A stretch of DNA of 64,000 bases, taken from a virus. Below are positions 48,177-57,568 of this stretch, piece after piece; position 1 is the stretch's first letter; the number at the start of each line of letters is the position of its first letter. A program made the position numbers and the translations under genes. The notes beneath the pieces were generated by a model. It made no database searches. It was not told the origin of the DNA and saw only the letters and a program-made list of their open reading frames with translations. Location of the stretch: the IMG/VR virus record IMGVR_UViG_3300045131_002121, positions 8,855 through 72,854 of that record; one strand, 5' to 3'.

Positions 48177-49573
48177 TCGCCAAGATTCTTTCTCCGCACA
48201 CCTATGATTTCCAGGCCCCTGAGGTGACCCTGGTGAGATTCTCGAGTCGTGGGTTCGACAAAGAGTTGTTCATGAAGACGGCGAAGGAGGCCGGTGGTCT
48301 CCTGTTCCAGAAGGAACTCGCCGAGATGAAGCCGATCCCGGGGAAGACCATTATACACACCATCGCGGTTGGTGATGAAGAACGCTATGGCGACAACCGC
48401 AACAACGATGGCTTCAGCGAAAAAGACAACAAGACTTGTCATACCAGATTTAAGACGCATGGGCATGTCTTCAAGAACCATGACAACGATGACCCCGATA
48501 AGAAAACGGGCGACATCTTGCTCACCGGTCATAATGGACCCATGTCTCGTATCGAGTTGATCTCAGCACTCGACAACGAGAAAAACGCTGACGAAGTCCA
48601 GGCTCTCGAAGAAGGCAAGGATGTCCCGGTGTCCATGGGGTCCATGCAGGCCTACGACGTCTGCTCGGCATGTGGACACAAGGCACCTGAGGCCAAGGAC
48701 CACTGTGAGCACATCAAGCACATGCTTGGTGAGATCACCAAGGATGGTCAAAAAGTTTACATGAAAAATCCGAATCCATATTACATGGATCTCTCCACGG
48801 TATGGAAACCCGCTGACCGCATTGGTTATACTTTGCGGAAGGTTGCCCTGGAACGCCCAGGAGTCCCTGGTTTTGAGGTCGCCATGCAGACCTCGATGCG
48901 GAAGCTGAACTCCTCGAAGTATGCGATGATGATGCGCCTGGCCACCATTGAGAAGCGCATCGGTGGACTCGCCCAACTCGCCGATATCGGGCCGGAACCC
49001 AAGGATCTCGACCTCGAGACCCGCAAGGAGATCAAGAAAGCATTCGAGGCCCATGGGGTCCCCGCGATGCTGAACTGGCTCCACAAGCGTGGATGCGTCC
49101 TCGGTATCCGAGACTTCGCTGACTTCGTGGTCGACATCCCCATGGCATCGATCTCCCCAGATGTTCACCTCGCCCATGATCTCGCTGTTAAACAAGGTTT
49201 TCATGGTCTCCTGAAATCAGCGGTAGAAATCAACTCTTTAGATGGCGTCGAATCCACGACCCCGATTCGTCTTGAGGACGATGTCATGGGCTCCCTGGAT
49301 TACGCGACATCGATGCGCGGAGATCACCCGGCTCGTCGGGTTCTCCACGCCACAATCTCCGGTCAGCCGAATGTGAAGTTGGCCGGTGCTGGTCGTGCTC
49401 CTGATGTCACGGCGAGTAGGGGTCTTGCTGATCTCTATCTTCACTACAAAGTAGCTTTCGCCGTGCATCCCAATAACCACGCAGATGAAGCCACGCTCGG
49501 AGCCCTCGTTCAGGGCATGGCCTTGTCGAGGCGCGCAACCCCGTTACCATCACCCTTGTCACCAAGGAAGTAG
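48173..49573 (+). CDS. Probable prohead maturation protease (HK97/assemblin-like Ser protease) with Zn-ribbon insertion
   Basis: NNDGF, HVFKNH (His), VSMGS (Ser), CSACGH...CEH and DLSTVWKPAD; upstream of scaffold and capsid genes; GTG start overlaps the upstream stop. Confidence 0.75.
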   Translation: MIAKILSPHTYDFQAPEVTLVRFSSRGFDKELFMKTAKEAGGLLFQKELAEMKPIPGKTIIHTIAVGDEERYGDNRNNDGFSEKDNKTCHTRFKTHGHVFKNHDNDDPDKKTGDILLTGHNGPMSRIELISALDNEKNADEVQALEEGKDVPVSMGSMQAYDVCSACGHKAPEAKDHCEHIKHMLGEITKDGQKVYMKNPNPYYMDLSTVWKPADRIGYTLRKVALERPGVPGFEVAMQTSMRKLNSSKYAMMMRLATIEKRIGGLAQLADIGPEPKDLDLETRKEIKKAFEAHGVPAMLNWLHKRGCVLGIRDFADFVVDIPMASISPDVHLAHDLAVKQGFHGLLKSAVEINSLDGVESTTPIRLEDDVMGSLDYATSMRGDHPARRVLHATISGQPNVKLAGAGRAPDVTASRGLADLYLHYKVAFAVHPNNHADEATLGALVQGMALSRRATPLPSPLSPRK

Positions 49574-49575
49574 CT

Positions 49576-51096
49576 ATGACTCAAAAGACACAGCGCACGA
49601 TCATGGAGGATTTAGACCTCATGATCAAACGCGCCTCCGAAGTCCCCACCGAAGGCCTCGCCAAATCCGCGAGCCCCGCTGATCCCCTGGACAGCGATAA
49701 CGGCACTGAAGCCGTGAAAAAAGGTGAACAATACAACCAGAACATCGAAGAGGCCGGTAAGCATACCGCTGCCAAGGTCGATGGCGGCGCCGTGGCCAAT
49801 AAGCCCGGTGCAAGTGTCGAAGCCTCCACAGAGGGTGCCACCGCGGTGTCCACTGATGGCCAAGAAGGCGGCAAAGGTGCCGACCTCGAAGTCAAAGGTG
49901 AAGCCGACAATGGTCCCGTACCCCAGAGCGAACTCTCGAAGTCCGCTGCTGAGTACATCTCAACTGGACGCAAGATTTCTGCTTATCTGAAAGCCGCTGC
50001 TGAAAGAGCACCGGTTGATGCCAATGCAGCTGCGGCCCAACAGAAGGTTGCCAGTATTCTGGGAAAATCCAACGGTCAGCCTGAAGCCGCCAAGCCCCTG
50101 ACCGGCATGAGCGCATACATCGCGAAAAAGGCGATGGAAGCCGCAGGCGGCGGAGATGCCGCTGCAGGTGCTGCCGCCATCCCTGGTGGCGAACAAGGTG
50201 CCGCGCAAGCCGGAGCCCAAGAGCTCATGGCGGCTCTCCAAAATGGTGAGATCGACGACGCCCAAGCCGAACAGATCCTTCAGGAAGCCGCGCGTAGCGG
50301 TGCATTGTCCCCTGAAGACCTCCAAGAACTCCAAGCCTTAGCTGAACAAATGGGTGGAGAAGCCGGTGCTGGTGGTGGTGATCCCGCTGCTGGACTCCAT
50401 CCTGGCGGTGACGCCGGGGCTCCCCCCGAGGATGCCATGGGTGGCGCGGGTCCCGCAGGTGCACTTCCCCCCGGCGGCGACGCCGGTGGTGAACTCGCCC
50501 CCGAAGACCTCCAGGCCATGAAAACTGCTGCGTTGGATGTGACCCCCGGTCACCCCGACTACCCCCAGAAGCTCCGTGTGCTCCACAAAGCCGCCCATGC
50601 TTTTGGTTTCAATTTGGCGATCAAGACTGCTCAGGAACTCGAAGAAGCCGCAAAGCATGAAGCCGGCGAAGGCGAAGGCCACGAGGGCTCCGAGGGTTCC
50701 AAGGCTGAGGAAGGCGAGAAGGAAGGCGACTCCGCTGCGCACGAGCAAGGCGAGACCCCTGCCCAAGAAAACGCCGAACATCTCCCCGGTGGTGAAGAAG
50801 CCGGTATCCCCGGTGGTGCCCCCGGCGCAGGTATCCCTGGTGCAGCCCCCACGGGTTCCCCCGTTGGTGGCGACCCCATGGCTGGACTCGAAGCCAAGAC
50901 CCCTGAGGAACAAGCAGCTCTGATGCAAGTTCTCCAGGAAATGGGACTCGACCCCCAGGCCCTGCAGCAGCTCCAAGCCGCACCGATGCCCGCGATGGAC
51001 AAAATCGCGAGTTACAAGGCGCGGGTCAGTGCCGCGATCTTCAAGAAGGCCGCTGCTATCCAAATCGCGCAAACCTCCACCAACAAGAAAGCCTGA
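49576..51096 (+). CDS. Probable scaffolding/core protein (506 aa), acidic and low-complexity
   Basis: Between protease and capsid genes; Ala/Gly/Glu-rich; about nine K-x-A sites. Confidence 0.6.
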   Translation: MTQKTQRTIMEDLDLMIKRASEVPTEGLAKSASPADPLDSDNGTEAVKKGEQYNQNIEEAGKHTAAKVDGGAVANKPGASVEASTEGATAVSTDGQEGGKGADLEVKGEADNGPVPQSELSKSAAEYISTGRKISAYLKAAAERAPVDANAAAAQQKVASILGKSNGQPEAAKPLTGMSAYIAKKAMEAAGGGDAAAGAAAIPGGEQGAAQAGAQELMAALQNGEIDDAQAEQILQEAARSGALSPEDLQELQALAEQMGGEAGAGGGDPAAGLHPGGDAGAPPEDAMGGAGPAGALPPGGDAGGELAPEDLQAMKTAALDVTPGHPDYPQKLRVLHKAAHAFGFNLAIKTAQELEEAAKHEAGEGEGHEGSEGSKAEEGEKEGDSAAHEQGETPAQENAEHLPGGEEAGIPGGAPGAGIPGAAPTGSPVGGDPMAGLEAKTPEEQAALMQVLQEMGLDPQALQQLQAAPMPAMDKIASYKARVSAAIFKKAAAIQIAQTSTNKKA

Positions 51097-51100
51097 TCCC

Positions 51101-51538
51101 ATGACTGGCAATGAGCTCAAGAAAGTTGCGAGCACTATCGATGGTCTCGCCTCCACCCTGGAACAAGCCCAGGGTATCATCCAAAAACAAGCCAGTGAAA
51201 ACGCAGCCCTCAAGGCTCAGCTTTCCCTGGCGCAGAAAACGCAAAAGACTGCCAGCGAAGCCGACCAGGCCAAGACGGCAAATCTGCGTGGACTCGCCAA
51301 GCGTGCCGCTGCAACCCTGTTGCAAACCGGCATGATCTCGAGTCCCGAGCGTGCCGAAGCATTTGCCAACGAAGTCATGGATCACTCCAAGGCTGTCACG
51401 GCATTGCAAAAGTTTGCTGAAGTCGCCAGCCGTGCCCCGAAGACTGCCAGCGTCGTCGAGGACCCCGAAGCCCAAGTCGAGTCCTCGGACGCGGTCTGGG
51501 ATCGTCATGCCCGTCAGCATATCCCCTCAGGCAACTGA
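51101..51538 (+). CDS. Coiled-coil head assembly protein (145 aa)
   Basis: ATG 51101 follows the upstream stop; KVAS, KQAS, KTAS x2 and KRAA. Confidence 0.65.
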   Translation: MTGNELKKVASTIDGLASTLEQAQGIIQKQASENAALKAQLSLAQKTQKTASEADQAKTANLRGLAKRAAATLLQTGMISSPERAEAFANEVMDHSKAVTALQKFAEVASRAPKTASVVEDPEAQVESSDAVWDRHARQHIPSGN

Positions 51539-51600
51539 ACCTGTCTGAATCACCGGGACAATAGTCCCCTTCACACGTCTTCACCAAAGGAAGATTAACC

Positions 51601-52212
51601 ATGAGTATCCCAACCAGTATGGGTGGCAAGAAGCTCGAAGTCCGTAAAGGCGACCGCAACACCTTGGTCGACTTTACCGGTCAACTCGGTGCAGGTGTCT
51701 CCATTGACGCCGGTTCTGTCTGCTCCATCAATCCCCTCACCGGCAAGCTCCGCGCTGGCCTCGACGCCGCCGATGCCCTGAACCAGCTCCCGCTGTTCGC
51801 ATGGTCCGGCACCGATGTCAACAACAGTCCAGACGTCATCCGTGACGGCCTGCTCAGTGGTGCCCTGAATGCCCAAACCCGCTCGAACGTCACTGGTGGC
51901 AATGGCTACGCCATGCCCTACGCCGGTGAAGCCCGTTTCGGCACCATTGCATGGAAATCGGCTGTCGAACTCAGTACCACTGCTTTCGACTCCTCGAAGA
52001 CCTATGCTCCTGGCCAACCCTTGACTGTGGTTGCCGCTGGTAACGCCAACGCCGGTGTTATCCGTGACCTCGCGACTCCTGCCACCGATATCATCATCGG
52101 TCGCGTCGCCCCCGCCGGTAAGTTCACCAGCCCCGATGGTTACGCCACCTTGGCGTTCTACCCCGTCCTGGAACTCCTCCGCGCCGGAAACACCCTGCCT
52201 GCCAGCCTGTGA
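51601..52212 (+). CDS. Probable capsid decoration/cement protein (203 aa)
   Basis: Immediately upstream of the MCP; T.AFD....Y.PGQPLT...G motif; AAGGA RBS; highly biased codons. Confidence 0.65.
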   Translation: MSIPTSMGGKKLEVRKGDRNTLVDFTGQLGAGVSIDAGSVCSINPLTGKLRAGLDAADALNQLPLFAWSGTDVNNSPDVIRDGLLSGALNAQTRSNVTGGNGYAMPYAGEARFGTIAWKSAVELSTTAFDSSKTYAPGQPLTVVAAGNANAGVIRDLATPATDIIIGRVAPAGKFTSPDGYATLAFYPVLELLRAGNTLPASL

Positions 52213-52254
52213 GCTCGGTAGCCTCCAACCACAAACCAACAAGGAATTGAGACC

Positions 52255-53193
52255 ATGAGTCAGAAAAAGCTGTCCGCGGCCCAGTCCAATGCTGCATTCT
52301 TCGGTATGCTCGAAAAGGGCCATATCAAAGCCGCAGCGGATATGGTGACCGACTTCACCCGCGTTCGCATCCGTGAATCCTCGTTCTTCGAGAAGATTCT
52401 GCCAGCGATCAAGATTGGGGATGACGAACTCACCCCACAACTCAGCAATGACAAGAACGTCAAGCTGGTCGAACGCGAACCCAATTCACCCGCTGCCATC
52501 ACGATCCCCTTGGGTCAGCAGCCCATCCAATACTACTTCCGTGGCGATCGCTACCCGGTCTTCTTCGACCGTATCGTGACCCATAAGTTCACCAAGGATA
52601 CCTCGGAACTCCGTACCTACGGTATGGACATCCGCCAGGTCATCTCGGACAACGCCATCCTCGACATGGATTTCGAGTTCGACCGCAAGATGCTGTCGGC
52701 TTGCCAAGCCATCGTCGGACCTCAGGGCGGTATCGTTCCTGAAACCGGCATCGTCCAAAACGTCAAGATCGTTGATCCCGCGGGCATCACCCGTAACTCG
52801 TTGTTCGAGATCAAAAAGATCCTGCCACGTACTTTCGCTCACTTGGACGGTGTGACCATCCTGGTCAACAACATCACCATCCATGACGTCAGTAAGTTCA
52901 CCCGTGACGAAGCCGGTGGCGACCTGTCGCAAGACATGTTGGTCGACGGCTTCCAACAGAAGAAACTGATTGGTTGCAACTGGGTTGTCACCAACAAAAC
53001 TGAACTCGTCGCTGAGTCCAGCTTCTGGGTGTTCGCTTCCCCCGAGTTCCTGGGCAAGTCCTATGTCCTCGAAGACACCACGATGTACGTCGACAAGCGC
53101 GCGTACAACCTGGAGTTCTTTGCTTACGCCGAACGTGGCGCCACCATCGCCAACCCCGCCGCGGTCGCCCTGGTGACCATTTCGCAGAACTGA
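52255..53193 (+). CDS. Major capsid protein (HK97-like fold, 312 aa)
   Basis: RIRESSFFEKILP, E-loop-like region, D.EFDRKML helix, C-terminal F.AY...G..IANP.AV; strongest codon bias; AAGGA RBS; followed by a terminator. Confidence 0.8.
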   Translation: MSQKKLSAAQSNAAFFGMLEKGHIKAAADMVTDFTRVRIRESSFFEKILPAIKIGDDELTPQLSNDKNVKLVEREPNSPAAITIPLGQQPIQYYFRGDRYPVFFDRIVTHKFTKDTSELRTYGMDIRQVISDNAILDMDFEFDRKMLSACQAIVGPQGGIVPETGIVQNVKIVDPAGITRNSLFEIKKILPRTFAHLDGVTILVNNITIHDVSKFTRDEAGGDLSQDMLVDGFQQKKLIGCNWVVTNKTELVAESSFWVFASPEFLGKSYVLEDTTMYVDKRAYNLEFFAYAERGATIANPAAVALVTISQN

Positions 53194-53220
53194 GCCGACG
53201 GGTTAGTTTGAAATTGTAAT

Positions 53221-53257
53221 AAGACGCCACCTGGGAAACCGGGTGGCGTCTTTCTTT
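53221..53257 (+). terminator. Rho-independent terminator after the MCP
   Basis: AAGACGCCACCTGG-GAAA-CCGGGTGGCGTCTT followed by TCTTT. Confidence 0.9.
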
Positions 53258-53277
53258 GGCAGCCTACCCACCCCGAC

Positions 53278-53305
53278 TTGTTCGGGGGATTTTCAAGCCT
53301 ATCCT
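53278..53305 (+). promoter_or_regulatory. Putative promoter TTGTTC-N16-TATCCT
   Basis: Directly after the terminator and before the GGAG RBS of 53323. Confidence 0.45.
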
Positions 53306-53322
53306 ATCGCATCGGAGCACCC

Positions 53323-53652
53323 ATGAAATCCCGCGAATTACTCTTCCGGGTTGCACGGAAAATTGCAGCCCACACCGACACCCCTGTTAAACCCCGGAGT
53401 GGCACCAATGCGCCGCCGCCACCCCAGCAGCCTACCCAGCCCGACACCAACGCCAAGGGTAAGATCACTCCTGCGATGGGCAATCCCAAAGCTGGCAAAA
53501 ATAAGAAGAAAGCGGGAATCGTAAATAAATTCCTGGAAAAAACCGCAGCACAGTTCAAGGCAGCTGCACCTCGCCCAGGCCGTCTCGATGGCGACATCGC
53601 GTTGACCAAGTTGGCGAGTCGTCACAAGTCTGCTAAGAAGTCCGCAAAATGA
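53323..53652 (+). CDS. Small basic protein (109 aa) with KIA leader; possible DNA-binding core protein
   Basis: GGAG RBS before ATG 53323; Lys-rich; KIA, KKA, KTA, KLA and KSA. Confidence 0.6.
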   Translation: MKSRELLFRVARKIAAHTDTPVKPRSGTNAPPPPQQPTQPDTNAKGKITPAMGNPKAGKNKKKAGIVNKFLEKTAAQFKAAAPRPGRLDGDIALTKLASRHKSAKKSAK

Positions 53653-54125
53653 ATACTTCAATAGCACACACCATTGTTGTAGTTAAATATCCACGTGTTA
53701 TACTTACGTGGATCAAACCAAATCGCACCCTGGGCCCCGGCGTCTACCACTTCGTAGGCGACCACCGCTGCAATATCCGGACGATGTCGCAGCGCCAGGA
53801 CATCCAGCGTGGTGCCCTTGATCTCTTCTTTGAAGACGGGGACACCAAGGAGTTCTTGGTCCGCCATCTCCGCCGCTGCCAGGCCGACATCCGGGATTCC
53901 GTGATTCGCGCCGAGAAGAATGGCAGGATCCCGGAGCCCGGGGTTATCCACCCCCTCCAGGTCAATCTCAACTTCTACGCCAACCTGGCACGTATCCATG
54001 GCGTCGAACTCGCGCTGACCCCCAGTGGGGACATCACGGTGGCAGCGGATCCAGGGTCTAGCGAAGACTCCGAGATCTCAGAAGATGCTGGGGTACCCCG
54101 GGAAGACCTCGTTCAGGTGCCCTGA
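53649..54125 (+). CDS. Hypothetical protein (158 aa)
   Basis: ATGA overlap with the upstream gene. Confidence 0.55.
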   Translation: MNTSIAHTIVVVKYPRVILTWIKPNRTLGPGVYHFVGDHRCNIRTMSQRQDIQRGALDLFFEDGDTKEFLVRHLRRCQADIRDSVIRAEKNGRIPEPGVIHPLQVNLNFYANLARIHGVELALTPSGDITVAADPGSSEDSEISEDAGVPREDLVQVP

Positions 54126-54154
54126 CCGAATTGTCTCGGCGCTGGAGACTGTTC

Positions 54155-54916
54155 ATGAAAACCGCTGAGCTCCGCCTCGACTTGAAGTCAGCGCTGACCA
54201 CGTTGGTGCCCCTGCGCCCCGCGGGTCGCCTGGTCCTCGACTCCGCTGACGACCTCAGCGTGCGTTTAGTCCTCGAGTACGACTCGGAACCCCTTGTTCT
54301 CAGGGCTCCATACCCCCGTCTTGGTGTGTTCACCGAGAAGGGCGCCTTGCTCTTGAGCACGAATTACATCCCAGGTGCGGCGACCTGGGCTCTCGAGAAT
54401 CCCAACGCTGGCCGGATCCCCTACCAGATCAATGGCAGCAGTCATGCCTTCGATGTCCTCGACACCCTGAACCCCATCGATCTCGAATGGCGCCTCATCG
54501 GGGTATTCGATTCCTTGACCCCCCGTGAGATCACGGCGGTCAAGGGCATCATAACTTACTCGCCTGGGAAAACTGATGCCGCACCTGGGCCAACCCCAAG
54601 TGGGGACTGCTGTGATCAGATCGGTCTCGACATCGAGTTCGAGCTCGACAACCAAGCCTATTACACCGAGTACACCTGGGATGACGTCACCGGCAACCTC
54701 ATCACGAAGACGCATTACTCCGACGCCACGAAGTCCACGATTCTCTTTGTTGTCACCTATGCCTGGTACCCCAGCGATCTCATCCACGTCAAGAGGATCA
54801 CGAGGGTCCGTGATGGCGCCGTGCTCACGCTCACCTTTGAATGGGCACCCCAGGACTCCACTCCTCTTTCCGAAACCTTGGTGTCGGTGACCCGCGTGCT
54901 GAACATGGGGCCGTAA
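54155..54916 (+). CDS. Probable virion protein with C-terminal Tyr/Trp-rich beta-hairpins (253 aa)
   Basis: GGAG RBS before ATG 54155; YTEYTWDDVTGNLITKTHY-type hairpins. Confidence 0.55.
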   Translation: MKTAELRLDLKSALTTLVPLRPAGRLVLDSADDLSVRLVLEYDSEPLVLRAPYPRLGVFTEKGALLLSTNYIPGAATWALENPNAGRIPYQINGSSHAFDVLDTLNPIDLEWRLIGVFDSLTPREITAVKGIITYSPGKTDAAPGPTPSGDCCDQIGLDIEFELDNQAYYTEYTWDDVTGNLITKTHYSDATKSTILFVVTYAWYPSDLIHVKRITRVRDGAVLTLTFEWAPQDSTPLSETLVSVTRVLNMGP

Positions 54917-54918
54917 CC

Positions 54919-55845
54919 ATGGCCATGAACATCATCCCAGGCGCCCTGCCTCTTATCGATAACGCCACGTTTGCTGGCCTTCCCCTCACGGAGCCCACTG
55001 AAGTGAATTACTGCGGCACCCTTGATATCGTGCTCCCCGAGGGCTTCCGTGACGCCGTGGGTGCCGACGTAAATATCTCGCATGGGATCTCGATCCCGGC
55101 GGCCTGCTTCCCCCAGCCCTTGGGAGCCGAAACCATTTCCCTGGCCATGATGAAGTGGGATGACGACTCCAGATCCTGGGGCTACTCCGACATCAACACT
55201 GGGAGTGATCCCGCGTATCCCGTTGATATCTGGCCCAGGCTCCCGACTCGGATCTCAGATGTCGTCCGTCAACTCAACATTCACTACCGACGCCCCGGTG
55301 ACGAATCCAATCATCGGGCACTTGGGGTTCTCCACGCCGACGCCCTTGGGAACCGTGTCCTCGCCGAGACCGTGCTACCCTCAACCACGGTGTTCAACTT
55401 CACGACTCCAGTGAGTGGGCTCTTCATCCCCGGCCACTACGCCGTGGTGGGCTACGAGGTCGTCAGGGTTGACGTGGTATCCGGGTATCAGATCCAAGTC
55501 GTGAGGTCCCGGTTTGGGACCTCAGCGGGGTATCACCCCGATGGTGCCCCCGTGATCTACGATGCCTACTGCAACCCCTACCACCCCTATGCGGTGACCC
55601 GTGTGGATACCGTGGGGGGTCCCCGTGGTAGTGCTTATGAGAAATCTCGGTGGACCTATTTCCCTGGGGCCACCCCAGTGAACTCGATCCCGAACTGGAT
55701 GCCCATTGTTGACGACGAAGACGGCGACAAGGAATCACGAGGCTTCACCATTGAGCTCACCAGAGAAGCCAACCCCAGCGCCCTCAGGGACGCCGGGGAA
55801 GTCATCATACATCTCAACCCGCTTACCACGCTCTGGGCCTGGTAG
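54919..55845 (+). CDS. Probable virion protein (308 aa), paralogue of 56902
   Basis: Shared W.(Y/F)FPGATP.NS...DD.....RG motif; contains an E.V.V...V.R...GT...H..GA.V module. Confidence 0.6.
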   Translation: MAMNIIPGALPLIDNATFAGLPLTEPTEVNYCGTLDIVLPEGFRDAVGADVNISHGISIPAACFPQPLGAETISLAMMKWDDDSRSWGYSDINTGSDPAYPVDIWPRLPTRISDVVRQLNIHYRRPGDESNHRALGVLHADALGNRVLAETVLPSTTVFNFTTPVSGLFIPGHYAVVGYEVVRVDVVSGYQIQVVRSRFGTSAGYHPDGAPVIYDAYCNPYHPYAVTRVDTVGGPRGSAYEKSRWTYFPGATPVNSIPNWMPIVDDEDGDKESRGFTIELTREANPSALRDAGEVIIHLNPLTTLWAW

Positions 55846-55896
55846 GCATTGTCAGTCCCCATCTAATCCCAAGATTTCTCGAATCGGAGATCACAC

Positions 55897-56892
55897 GTGA
55901 AATACCCATCCTTTGTGCACAATATCACCGCGGGCACCGTTAATGCCGGGCACGTCGTCGTCGGTGAACTCGGTAGTACCCCGGCGGGCACCGTCCGTGC
56001 CCGTGCCCTCAAGTTGCTCCCCGGTGGAATCCCTGGTGAGCTCCTAGATTTCACTGGGTATGAGGTCAGCGTACCCGAGGTTGTCTTGCGTTGTTACAGC
56101 TTCGATGTTGTCGCGGCCTACGAGAACGCCAATGGTGTCGGCACCTTTGCTACCAAGTTCCCGCCTTATGAAGAACACGCCTTGCTCATCGAGATATATG
56201 ACGACGCCAATGCAGAGAACAGGGCTCTAAACAAGATTGTCTTCGGTGGTGGAGAAGACCAAATCGATGCCATCACTGGGGATGACCACCGTGACCTCAC
56301 CCAGATCTACAACCGTCTGGGTTCGAGCACGGTGTCCATGTGTCTCCTCGGTTTCGAGTACACGGATACCGGGGTCCCCGCCAACGATCTCATCGGTTTC
56401 TACCCCTCGCTCCAGGTCAACGGTGCCGCGATCACCGACAAGTTCCTCCATCACGCCACTATCGAGCTCTACGAAGTCGACGGGGTCTCCCCGATCTTTG
56501 TGGGCACCGATACCCCATTGTACGCCCAGCTACTCAGCGCCCCCTTGGGCAGCGGTGCCGGCGCCGTTCAACTCACGGTACCCTCGACCACTGGACTCAC
56601 CGCGGGCAAGATCCTGGCCTGCGACAACGAACTCATGACTGTGGTCACCGTGGACTCCCCAACCCTGGTTACTGTCACCCGGGCCTCCCTGGGCACCACA
56701 CGTGCTGCACACAGCGCTGGTGCCGAGGTCTGGATCTCAGGAGCTGATGCACGTGGGATCTTCAAGGTCGTCAAAACAGGTGCCAGTGATCTCGTCTTCG
56801 AGACCAACTACACCGTCAAGGTCTCGATTGGATGGAAGGGTGCCTCGTACATCAGCACTCATCAATTCCTCTTCCGTGAAAACGACGTCTGA
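55897..56892 (+). CDS. Probable virion protein (331 aa)
   Basis: GGAG RBS, GTG start; contains VPSTTGLTAG....DNELM.V...VTRASLGTTRAAHSAGAEV module typical of phage tail proteins. Confidence 0.65.
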   Translation: MKYPSFVHNITAGTVNAGHVVVGELGSTPAGTVRARALKLLPGGIPGELLDFTGYEVSVPEVVLRCYSFDVVAAYENANGVGTFATKFPPYEEHALLIEIYDDANAENRALNKIVFGGGEDQIDAITGDDHRDLTQIYNRLGSSTVSMCLLGFEYTDTGVPANDLIGFYPSLQVNGAAITDKFLHHATIELYEVDGVSPIFVGTDTPLYAQLLSAPLGSGAGAVQLTVPSTTGLTAGKILACDNELMTVVTVDSPTLVTVTRASLGTTRAAHSAGAEVWISGADARGIFKVVKTGASDLVFETNYTVKVSIGWKGASYISTHQFLFRENDV

Positions 56893-56901
56893 GAGGTCGA
56901 C

Positions 56902-57507
56902 ATGCCAACCCTTCAGGGCCTCCAGGGTCCATTCATCCATTCGCTGGCCGCGCACAACCAGATCCCTGATGCGGGACCCGGGGGTAGCGGGCAGGACAAC
57001 GTGCTCTGGCTTCCCATTGAACCCGGTGGGGTCCCGAGGACATCAGAGGTCACCCTCCCCCTGATCACCATTGGAGACTTCATCACCGCAGAGATGGAGT
57101 GGGATCCCGCTGTGGTCATCGCGGCATCCGGGCATCCCGGTGGCTGGATTACTCGATTGATCCCTCATCCCTTCTGGGGCCTGGTCACCACAGTTCACGG
57201 CCTCATCGCCCAGATCAATCAACGCCAGGGCCTCGGTGCCGTGGTCACCGGGGATATCGTGACACGATGCTCCCTCATCGACCAGAAAGCTGCCACGGTT
57301 TGGGACTTCTTCCCCGGGGCGACTCCACTGAACTCCCAGGCCAACTTCCCCTTGTTCTGGGATGACGACGGAGATTTCAAATGGGAACCCCGCGGGGTCC
57401 GCCTCACCTTGAGCACCACGCATACCCCATTGGCACTGGTGGACAGCGGTAGAATCCTGATTCGGTTGAATAATACTGGACTCGACGAGGCCCCGGCGCC
57501 GTGGTGA
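56902..57507 (+). CDS. Probable virion protein (201 aa), paralogue of 54919
   Basis: GAGG RBS; WDFFPGATPLNS...DDDGD...EPRG. Confidence 0.6.
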   Translation: MPTLQGLQGPFIHSLAAHNQIPDAGPGGSGQDNVLWLPIEPGGVPRTSEVTLPLITIGDFITAEMEWDPAVVIAASGHPGGWITRLIPHPFWGLVTTVHGLIAQINQRQGLGAVVTGDIVTRCSLIDQKAATVWDFFPGATPLNSQANFPLFWDDDGDFKWEPRGVRLTLSTTHTPLALVDSGRILIRLNNTGLDEAPAPW

Positions 57508-57512
57508 GCCCA

Positions 57513-57540
57513 TTGGCGTAACCCGGATCTCCGGTATCAT
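57513..57540 (+). promoter_or_regulatory. Putative promoter TTGGCG-N16-TATCAT
   Basis: Intergenic; -35 identical to the site at 2078. Confidence 0.5.
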
Positions 57541-57568
57541 GTGGCGACACCACCAGTATGGAAGCAAC

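Noticed and set aside
54600-54916. RHS/YD-repeat toxin
   Set aside because: Only two or three hairpins, no RHS core or toxin/immunity pair; more likely a small structural domain
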